Position numbers and translations under genes: made by a program. This document shows, in pieces, positions 23,925 through 31,459 of a stretch of DNA of 31,459 bases. Source of the stretch: Campylobacterota bacterium (GTDB taxonomy: Bacteria > Campylobacterota > Campylobacteria > Campylobacterales > Sulfurovaceae); the NCBI GenBank assembly GCA_034722955.1, contig JAYEOM010000123.1, positions 1-31,459 of the forward strand. The letters run 5' to 3'. The notes beneath the pieces were generated by a model, which was not told the DNA's origin, searched no databases, and saw only the letters and a list, made by a program, of their open reading frames with translations. The number at the start of each line of letters is the position of its first letter. Position 1 is the first letter of the stretch.

Positions 23925-25238
23925 ATGAGCAAAAAACTACACCTCGTCAGCCTTGGTTGCACTAAAAATCTAGTCGATAGCGAAGTGATGCTGGGTCGTC
24001 TTCGTGATTATGCTATAACCGATGAGCCTGCCAAAGCTGATGTCATCATAGTAAACACCTGTGGATTTATCGATGCAGCAAAAGAGGAGAGTATCAACAC
24101 AGTACTAAATCTTCATGATGAACGAAAAGATGACTCTCTACTAGTGATGAGTGGTTGTCTCTCAGAGCGTTATCAAGAGGAGCTCCAAGCAGACATGCCT
24201 GAGATAGATATATTTACAGGAGTAGGGGACTATGAGAAGATCGATGCATTGATCGCTAGCAAACAGAGCTCTTTCTCGCCAGAAGTATACCTAGCACATG
24301 AAAAGTCTGACAGAGTTATCACAGGATCAAGCTACCATGCCTATATAAAGATCGCAGAGGGTTGCAACCAGCAGTGCTCATTTTGTGCTATCCCAAGCTT
24401 CAAAGGAAAACTACACTCAAGAAGTCTAAGCTCTATCGAAAAAGAGGTAAAACATCTAATCTCAGAGGGCTTCTATGACTTCTCTTTCATCTCTCAAGAT
24501 AGCTCAAGTTTCGGACGGGATATAGAGATGAGTGATGGTCTCATTAGACTTATCAAAATAGTTGAAGCAATCGACGGTGTCAAGAGTGCTCGTATCTTAT
24601 ACCTATATCCTAGTACGACAACTTTTGAACTCATCGATACTATATCTGAATCTAAAATCTTCCAAACCTACTACGATATGCCCATTCAACACATAGATAA
24701 TACTATTCTCAAGAGAATGAAACGAGGCTTTGGAGAGGATAAAACCATAGAACTTCTCAACCACATGAGATCAAAACCTGATGCTTTTCTACGAACTTCT
24801 GTGATAGCAGGGCATCCAGGAGAAGAGGAGGAGCATTTTCATAAACTCTGTAACTTTATGAAAAAATTTCATTTTGATAGATTCAACACATTCCACTACT
24901 CCAACGAAGAGAGTACACCAGCGTTTGATATGGAGCAGACAGCACAAGAGCTGATAGACCAGAGAGCTGATACTCTCGGTGAGATAGCACAACACTCCAC
25001 TACCGCCTCTATGGAGGCGATGATAGGTAAAGATGTCACTCTAGTCATAGATGGAGAGAGTGATGAACATGAATATCTTCTCTCTGCTAGACCTCTATCA
25101 TGGGCGGTAGATATAGATGGAGAGATCCTGATCAATGACACCTCTGATCTTCCGATAACCTATGGGAAGATTTACGATGCCACCATCACAGAACTAGTCG
25201 GAGACAAACTGCTTGCAACTCTACGAACAGCTCACTAA
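23925..25238 (+). CDS. rimO: Ribosomal protein S12 methylthiotransferase
   Basis: SLGCTKNLVDSE, VNTCGFIDAAKEES, KIAEGCNQQCSFCAIP, RILYLYP. Confidence 0.95.
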   Translation: MSKKLHLVSLGCTKNLVDSEVMLGRLRDYAITDEPAKADVIIVNTCGFIDAAKEESINTVLNLHDERKDDSLLVMSGCLSERYQEELQADMPEIDIFTGVGDYEKIDALIASKQSSFSPEVYLAHEKSDRVITGSSYHAYIKIAEGCNQQCSFCAIPSFKGKLHSRSLSSIEKEVKHLISEGFYDFSFISQDSSSFGRDIEMSDGLIRLIKIVEAIDGVKSARILYLYPSTTTFELIDTISESKIFQTYYDMPIQHIDNTILKRMKRGFGEDKTIELLNHMRSKPDAFLRTSVIAGHPGEEEEHFHKLCNFMKKFHFDRFNTFHYSNEESTPAFDMEQTAQELIDQRADTLGEIAQHSTTASMEAMIGKDVTLVIDGESDEHEYLLSARPLSWAVDIDGEILINDTSDLPITYGKIYDATITELVGDKLLATLRTAH

Positions 25239-26208
25239 GAGAAAAAATCTACTAGCATTCTCTGCCGGTATTGACTCTTCGGCACTCCTCTTTATGTTAC
25301 TAGAAAAGAGTATCCATTTTGATATTGCTTTGGTCAACTATGGGACAAGAGCAGAGAGCGACAGGGAGGAGGCACATGCCAAAATACTAGCCAAAGAGTA
25401 TGGCATAAAAGCCTATACCACAAAAGCTCCACAATGGAGAAGCCACTTCGAATCAAATGCCAGAAGATTTCGCTATGATTTTTTTGAAGAACTAATCAGC
25501 AGATACAGATATGACACCCTTATCACTGCTCATCAACTCAATGATCAGCTAGAGTGGTTTTTGATGAGATTGACTAGAGGTGCAGGAGTCTCAGAGCTGA
25601 TAGGTCTTGAGCCTGTCACCATAAGAGAGACAAAAACAGGGGAGAGCTATAGACTCATTAGACCTCTGCTAGATAAAACAAAAGATGAGTTATTAGACTA
25701 TTTGGAGAGAAGCAGTCACCCCTACTTTATTGATGAGAGCAATCAGGACAAGAGATTTGAGCGAAATCGCTTTAGGGAGGAGTTCAGTGATCAGCTACTA
25801 GCAGAGTATCATCATGGCATCAAAAGAAGTTTTGCCTATCTCCATGAGGAGAAAGAGAGACTACAGAGTGGTATAGAGCTTATCTTTAGCCGATATGAGC
25901 TGAGAGTCCTCAAGCTTGAAAACCCCAAACTCAGAGCCAAAGCTGCCGACCTGATACTCAAAGAGTTAGGGTACCTTCTCTCTGCCGATCAACGCAGCGA
26001 AATCGATCAAAAAGATAGTATAGTTATAGGTGGCAAGTGGGCGATAGCATATCAAGAGCAGAGACTATACATAGCCCCATATTTGACCACCTCAATGCCT
26101 AAAATATTCAGAGAGCTCTGCAGAGTCTCCTCTCTCCCTATCAAGATCAGACCATACTGCTACGAAAAGGGGATCGAACCTAGAGAGTTGATGTCGCTAA
26201 CTCTCTGA
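25213..26208 (+). CDS. tilS: tRNA(Ile)-lysidine synthetase
   Basis: LAFSAGIDS PP-loop, FESNARRFRY, TAHQLNDQLE, IRPLL, DESN..RNRFR. Confidence 0.92.
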   Translation: MQLYEQLTKRKNLLAFSAGIDSSALLFMLLEKSIHFDIALVNYGTRAESDREEAHAKILAKEYGIKAYTTKAPQWRSHFESNARRFRYDFFEELISRYRYDTLITAHQLNDQLEWFLMRLTRGAGVSELIGLEPVTIRETKTGESYRLIRPLLDKTKDELLDYLERSSHPYFIDESNQDKRFERNRFREEFSDQLLAEYHHGIKRSFAYLHEEKERLQSGIELIFSRYELRVLKLENPKLRAKAADLILKELGYLLSADQRSEIDQKDSIVIGGKWAIAYQEQRLYIAPYLTTSMPKIFRELCRVSSLPIKIRPYCYEKGIEPRELMSLTL

Positions 26209-27990
26209 AAGTTTTCCGATAAGCTCTGAAAACTCCTCTCCATAACGCTCGAACTTTATCTCTCCAACACCATGGATATTTAGCATATCAGCCTTGGTTT
26301 TGGGGAGCTTTATGCTGAACTCTTTTAGTGTCTTATCAGAAAAGACGATATATGGAGGGATATTATTGGCTTGGGCTATCTCTCGACGGAGCCCTTTAAG
26401 CTTATCAAAAATCTCTATATCATACTCATCACTATAGATATCTGCACTCTTGTTTGAGACTGTTTTTCTGATGCTCAGTCTATCCTCTCTGAGATCGATC
26501 TTGCGATCTCCCTTGAGAGCCTCTGCACCAAAATTGGTCAAGTGATAGACTTTGAACTCTCCTATCCCTACAGCTTTCAACTCAAGCAGACGATCTGCGA
26601 TAGTCAACCACTGTGCTTTTGAGTACTCCTCTCCTATACCATAAACTGAAAGTTTATCATGGCTATTTTTCAATATTCGCTTATCCCTGCTACCTCTAAG
26701 TACATCGATAACATATAGCAATCCAAAGCTCTGTTTTGTACGAAATATTGTTGACAACAATTTTCGTGATGCTGTTGTGATATCAATACGATTGACATCA
26801 GGCTGCAGACAGTTATCACACTTCTTGCCGCAGCTATCTATTTTGTCATCAAAATAGGAGGCGATACTCTGATGTCTACAGATCTCCCCTTGAGCGAAAC
26901 GAACCATCTTATCTAGCTTGTTATATGCATGTATTTTGTATGGTGTATCAGGCAGATCATCTATAAACATCTTCTGCTGGACTATATCCTGAGCAGAGAA
27001 TAGCAGCAGTGTCTTTGACTCCAAGCCATCACGCCCTGCTCTACCTATCTCTTGGTAAAAATTCTCTACTGTTTTAGGCAGTGTCATATGGACAACAAAA
27101 CGGATATTACTCTTATCAATCCCCATACCAAATGCTATCGTCGCTACAACAATCTCAATACGATCAGATACAAAATCCCCATAGACTCTATTTTTCTCCT
27201 CTGTAGAGAGTCCTGCATGATATGGCTTGGCATTGACTCCTTTTGTCTGGAGGAAGTGGGCTATGTTTTCTGTGGATTTTCGCGACAGTGTATAGATGAT
27301 ACCCGCATCACTTGAATGTGATTTCAAAAACTCCAACAGTTGTCCTCTCCCATCTTTGATGCGATGCTCTGCAGAGATAGTAAGATTGGGACGAAAAAGG
27401 CTACCTCTCACGCGTGTAGGACTACTCAGACTTAACTGCTCTACGATATCACTCTCTACAGCATTGGTCGCAGTAGCAGTAAAAGCTGCGATGGGAGTAG
27501 AGGGAAAATGCTCTTTCAGTAGAGAGAGCTGACGGTAGTTTTCACGAAACTCATGACCCCATTCACTCACACAGTGTGCTTCATCAATAACAAAAAAATT
27601 GATCTCCAAGCGATGAAGAAGAGATAGAAAGTATGGATTGGTTAACCTCTCTGGAGCAACATAGAGAAGCTTGACCCCTCCACTCTCAAGTGATGCTTCT
27701 GTCTCCTCAGACTCTTCTCTGCTCTGCATAGAGCTGAGCATAGCCGCAGATATGCCATTTGCCTTGAGTGCAACAACCTGATCATGCATCAGTGCAAGAA
27801 GTGGTGAAACTACTACTGTTACGCCATCCATCATCAAGGATGGAAGTTGATAGCAGAGGGACTTACCACCACCTGTAGGCAAAATCATCAAAACATCACG
27901 AGATCTCAATATCGCATCGATGATCTCTTCTTGAAGTGGGCGAAACTCTTTGTGTCCAAAATATCGTTCTAGTAGTTCAAATTTTTTCAT
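26197..27990 (-). CDS. recQ: ATP-dependent DNA helicase RecQ with HRDC domain
   Basis: PTGGGKSLCYQLP, DEAHCVSEWGHEFR, QEIGRAGRDG, CDNC, HRDC PPYIVFSDKTL. Confidence 0.97.
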   Translation of the reverse strand: MKKFELLERYFGHKEFRPLQEEIIDAILRSRDVLMILPTGGGKSLCYQLPSLMMDGVTVVVSPLLALMHDQVVALKANGISAAMLSSMQSREESEETEASLESGGVKLLYVAPERLTNPYFLSLLHRLEINFFVIDEAHCVSEWGHEFRENYRQLSLLKEHFPSTPIAAFTATATNAVESDIVEQLSLSSPTRVRGSLFRPNLTISAEHRIKDGRGQLLEFLKSHSSDAGIIYTLSRKSTENIAHFLQTKGVNAKPYHAGLSTEEKNRVYGDFVSDRIEIVVATIAFGMGIDKSNIRFVVHMTLPKTVENFYQEIGRAGRDGLESKTLLLFSAQDIVQQKMFIDDLPDTPYKIHAYNKLDKMVRFAQGEICRHQSIASYFDDKIDSCGKKCDNCLQPDVNRIDITTASRKLLSTIFRTKQSFGLLYVIDVLRGSRDKRILKNSHDKLSVYGIGEEYSKAQWLTIADRLLELKAVGIGEFKVYHLTNFGAEALKGDRKIDLREDRLSIRKTVSNKSADIYSDEYDIEIFDKLKGLRREIAQANNIPPYIVFSDKTLKEFSIKLPKTKADMLNIHGVGEIKFERYGEEFSELIGKLSES

Positions 27991-28133
27991 AACAGGATAA
28001 TAACGCTTTCTTGATGAAAAGTAGTTTTATATTGCAATTTGTAATGTTTTGAGATCTCTACTGATCCCTCTTTTCACTATCTTTTCACTATTCTTGGCTA
28101 TAGTCTCTGAGATTTACTTAAAAGGAATTCACA

Positions 28134-29522
28134 ATGAAGAGAGCCATTATAGCCTCACTGATTTTATCAACTTCACTACTTGCAATAGAAAATCTTGCCA
28201 TCACCAATGCAGCAGAAAATATCTCACTGACTATCTACGGAAAAAATCTCGCGATGATTGGTGAGAAACGATCAGCCACGATAGATAATCCTGGGAAAGT
28301 CAAGCTAATGTATCCGGGTGTACCTAGTTTGATCGATACGAGTTCTGTCATTGCCACTTTTTCTCAGCAGACAAAACTCTTCTCTCAAAACTACTCTTAT
28401 GATGTGATCAGCTATGACTCTCTACTCAAATATCACCTCGGCAAAACAGTCCACTACACAGAAGATGAAGAGTCCACTGAGCGCAAAGAGGGAACCCTGC
28501 TCTCTGTCACTCCGATACTCATCCGTGAAAAAAGCGAAGGGGCGATCTACATCCCTCATAAAGTTTTTTTTCCAAATATCCCCAAAGCAATGGCGATCAA
28601 ACCCTCACTCTTCTGGAATATTGAGACAGAAGCCAAAAGACTCGATATCGATCTCAAGTATTTGACCAAAGGAGTCAGCTGGAAAAGTGACTATACGATC
28701 GATCTGACCGATGATACCACACTAGACCTAAACTCATGGGTCACCATCACCAATAACTCTGGAGCTACTTATCGCAATGCAGATATCACTGTCTTAGCAG
28801 GAGATGTCAATGTGCCTCAGGAGTTGGGAGGTCGCAGGATTTACTCAAAGAGTCGATTAGCTGCTACTCCTACAGATAAAAAAAATATCCAAAATGAAGC
28901 CTTTTCAGGATACCATATCTACAAGATACCATTTAGAGAGACTATCAAAGATAGAGAGAAAAAGCAGATCTCATTCATTCAAAAAAAAGCAATCACTTAT
29001 GAAAAATATGCCTTCAACAGAGAGACTTTCTACTTCTCCAATTTTGGGGAGAGGAGATTGCGCTTCAGCCAGATCATCGCATTTGAAAATAGAGAAGAGA
29101 ACCATCTCGGCATCCCTCTACCCAAAGGAACAGCAAGAGTCTACAGAGAGGATAAGAGTGGCGTATCCAGATTCGTAGGTGCAGCCAATATCACCAATGT
29201 CCCCAAAGATGAAACAGTGAAACTGACTATCGGCAAATATTTTGATATCGTTGGAAAAGAGAAGGTAGTAGATTTCCGTCACACCAAAAGAGAGAAACAT
29301 ATAACTTATAAAATCACCATCAACAACCATAGCAAAAAAGAGGAGATAGTTAAACTCCAAAAAAGTATCCCCTCAAATAAGGGTAAACTAACCATCACCG
29401 ATAGTTGCAAAGAGCAGTGCAGTAAAGAGCGGCTCAATGCTTTCTCAACACTATACACACTTTCACTAAAACCAGATGCAGAGTATAGTCTAACGATCAG
29501 TTATGATATGAAAATGCACTAA
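28134..29522 (+). CDS. Secreted DUF4139/DUF4140-family protein
   Basis: Signal peptide; LTIY..N.AMI.E.R, YLT.G.SW..DY, ITNNSGATY, LGIPLPKG..RVY. Confidence 0.75.
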   Translation: MKRAIIASLILSTSLLAIENLAITNAAENISLTIYGKNLAMIGEKRSATIDNPGKVKLMYPGVPSLIDTSSVIATFSQQTKLFSQNYSYDVISYDSLLKYHLGKTVHYTEDEESTERKEGTLLSVTPILIREKSEGAIYIPHKVFFPNIPKAMAIKPSLFWNIETEAKRLDIDLKYLTKGVSWKSDYTIDLTDDTTLDLNSWVTITNNSGATYRNADITVLAGDVNVPQELGGRRIYSKSRLAATPTDKKNIQNEAFSGYHIYKIPFRETIKDREKKQISFIQKKAITYEKYAFNRETFYFSNFGERRLRFSQIIAFENREENHLGIPLPKGTARVYREDKSGVSRFVGAANITNVPKDETVKLTIGKYFDIVGKEKVVDFRHTKREKHITYKITINNHSKKEEIVKLQKSIPSNKGKLTITDSCKEQCSKERLNAFSTLYTLSLKPDAEYSLTISYDMKMH

Positions 29523-29640
29523 CCATACTACCCAAACAGAGCAATTTGACAAACTCTTTGGGATTTTATAGGTACTCATACTCCTATTATTTCCTGATAA
29601 GAGTATAATTGTAAAATAGATGAACAGAAAGGAAACCATA

Positions 29641-31293
29641 ATGATGAAAAGCACCAATCCCATCTCAACAGACACATGGGAAAAACTAGAAAAACTCTAC
29701 GAAGAGACGAAAGAGATCCATCTACGCGACTGGTTTGATGCCGACAAGGAGAGATTTACTAAATTTTCTCGTGAGCAGGGAGGCGATCTACTGTTGGATT
29801 TTTCCAAGAACCGCATCGATGAGAGGATCTTTGAATCACTATTGAGATTGGCAGAAGAGACAGATCTCAAGGGAGCAACCGAAGCGATGTTCAAGGGCGA
29901 AAAGATCAATCGTACCGAAAACCGTGCTGTACTGCATGTAGCACTGCGAAATCGCACCAATAGACCTATCTATGATAATGGTAAAAATGTAATGCCGGAG
30001 ATCAATATCGTACTCAAACAGATGGAGGATTTTTGCACCAGAGTCCATAATGGCACCTGGAAAGGCTATACCGGCAAAAAGATCACCGATATTGTCAACA
30101 TAGGCATAGGTGGCTCTGATCTTGGACCCGTGATGGTGACCGAAGCACTGCGATACTACAAGATACCAGCGATCGAGGTACACTTCGTATCCAATGTTGA
30201 CGGCACCCACATTGTCGAGAGACTCAAAAAACTCAATCCCGAAACAACCCTCTTCCTGATCGCATCAAAGACATTCACAACTCAGGAGACGATGACCAAT
30301 GCCCACAGTGCTAGAGACTGGCTCTTGGAAGCGGCGGGTGAAGAGTCAGCAGTAGAGAAACACTTCGTTGCCATGTCCACCAACACCCAAAAGGTCAAAG
30401 CTTTCGGTATCCATACCGACAATATGTTTCCCTTCTGGGACTGGGTCGGCGGACGCTACTCTCTATGGTCTGCGATTGGACTCTCCATCGCACTTACTAT
30501 CGGCTATGACCACTTCGTTGAACTACTCGAAGGTGCACATGAGATGGATGAACACTTTCGCAATACTCCTCTTTCTGATAACCTCCCAGTCATCATGGCA
30601 CTGCTCGGCATCTGGTACGATAACTTTTATGGTTCCGAAAGTCTTGCTATCCTCCCCTATGATCAATATCTACATCGCTTTTCAGCTTATCTGCAACAGG
30701 GTGATATGGAGTCCAATGGCAAATCAGTTAGTCGAAGTAATGAAAAGCTAAGTTATCAAACAGGACCTATCATCTGGGGTGAACCTGGCACCAATGGACA
30801 GCACGCCTTCTATCAGCTGATCCATCAAGGAACCAAGCTCATCCCTTGCGACTTCATCATTCCGGCACAGTCACTCAATCCTATCAGAGAACACCACTCT
30901 ATCCTGCTCTCAAACTTCTTTGCCCAAACCGAAGCCCTAGCATTTGGAAAAACGCACAAGCAGGTAGAGGAGGAGTTCACCGCTGCTGGCAAAAGTCTGG
31001 ATGAAGTCTCAGAGCTGATACCCCACAAAGTCTTTGAAGGCAACCGTCCGACCAACTCAATCCTACTCAAAAAAGTAACCCCACACAGTCTAGGCAAACT
31101 CATCGCCCTATACGAACACAAGATCTTCGTACAGGGGGCTATCTGGAATATATACAGTTTCGACCAGTGGGGCGTAGAGCTAGGCAAGCAGTTAGCTAGC
31201 AAGATATTGCCAGAACTCAAAAATGATGAGAGAGTAACAAGCCATGATGCTTCGACAAATGGATTGATAGGGCATTGGAAATCCTGGAGCTAA
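29641..31293 (+). CDS. pgi: Glucose-6-phosphate isomerase
   Basis: [59 protein letters not shown] favours ATG 29641/29644. Confidence 0.97.
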   Translation: MMKSTNPISTDTWEKLEKLYEETKEIHLRDWFDADKERFTKFSREQGGDLLLDFSKNRIDERIFESLLRLAEETDLKGATEAMFKGEKINRTENRAVLHVALRNRTNRPIYDNGKNVMPEINIVLKQMEDFCTRVHNGTWKGYTGKKITDIVNIGIGGSDLGPVMVTEALRYYKIPAIEVHFVSNVDGTHIVERLKKLNPETTLFLIASKTFTTQETMTNAHSARDWLLEAAGEESAVEKHFVAMSTNTQKVKAFGIHTDNMFPFWDWVGGRYSLWSAIGLSIALTIGYDHFVELLEGAHEMDEHFRNTPLSDNLPVIMALLGIWYDNFYGSESLAILPYDQYLHRFSAYLQQGDMESNGKSVSRSNEKLSYQTGPIIWGEPGTNGQHAFYQLIHQGTKLIPCDFIIPAQSLNPIREHHSILLSNFFAQTEALAFGKTHKQVEEEFTAAGKSLDEVSELIPHKVFEGNRPTNSILLKKVTPHSLGKLIALYEHKIFVQGAIWNIYSFDQWGVELGKQLASKILPELKNDERVTSHDASTNGLIGHWKSWS

Positions 31294-31355
31294 GAGCCAA
31301 AGGCGGTATTAATAAAAGATTTTTTGATATAATGGACAGATAGAAAGGATTGATT

Positions 31356-31421
31356 ATGTCAAAAATAGAATATCTGCCTCACTACACCTATAAAAATAAA
31401 TTAAAAAGGGTGATTAAATAA
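31356..31421 (+). pseudogene. Truncated gene start (MSKIEYLPHYTY...), resembling the N-terminus of Uma2-family endonucleases
   Basis: TGATATAAT at 31325-31333 and AAAGGA SD precede the ATG; sequence turns low-complexity and A-rich after codon 12. Confidence 0.45.
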
Positions 31422-31459
31422 ATAAATTAAAAAAGAGGGATTAAAAAAGAAGTGAATAA

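Noticed and set aside
28049..28264. 71-aa ORF with a hydrophobic N-terminus upstream of the DUF4139 gene
   Set aside because: TTG start without SD and more than half overlaps the DUF4139 gene out of frame
639..31220. The many 60-130 aa ORFs antisense or out of frame to recognised genes
   Set aside because: They overlap well-supported genes and show no recognisable motifs; treated as shadow ORFs

Overview
A 31.5-kb, gene-dense, AT-rich chromosomal window that looks like a chemolithotrophic Campylobacterota genome (Sulfurovum/Sulfurimonas-like). That assignment is inferred from the gene set, the hypFBCDEA order and the TGnTAnAAT promoters. It holds mqnD-murB, a DUF1566 secreted protein, two tandem YkuD-family lipoproteins and tpx. 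A minus-strand cluster follows: resolvase-like gene, ccoG, a small membrane protein, a type VI (SqrF-like) sulfide:quinone oxidoreductase, a hypothetical and a lipoprotein. Next come moaC-DUF493, a Tat-exported Psr/Phs-type molybdoenzyme (ABC), a GC-richer double substrate-binding-domain lipoprotein gene broken by one in-frame TGA, and hypFBCDEA. The window ends with a porin, rimO-tilS, recQ, a DUF4139 protein, pgi and a truncated gene start. No rRNA, tRNA or CRISPR was seen. The best candidate for an undescribed system is the resolvase-like protein: it has lost its catalytic residues but keeps its DNA-binding module, is closely linked to ccoG, and has three direct repeats spaced exactly 20 bp apart upstream. 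It may be a recombinase domesticated as a regulator of O2/sulfide respiration genes. Other notable signals are a probable AUU start codon, a 22-codon coupled micro-ORF, and three to four families of palindromic MITE/REP-like elements, one inside the hyp operon and one in the predicted psrA leader. All family calls are from motif recognition; no database search was run.
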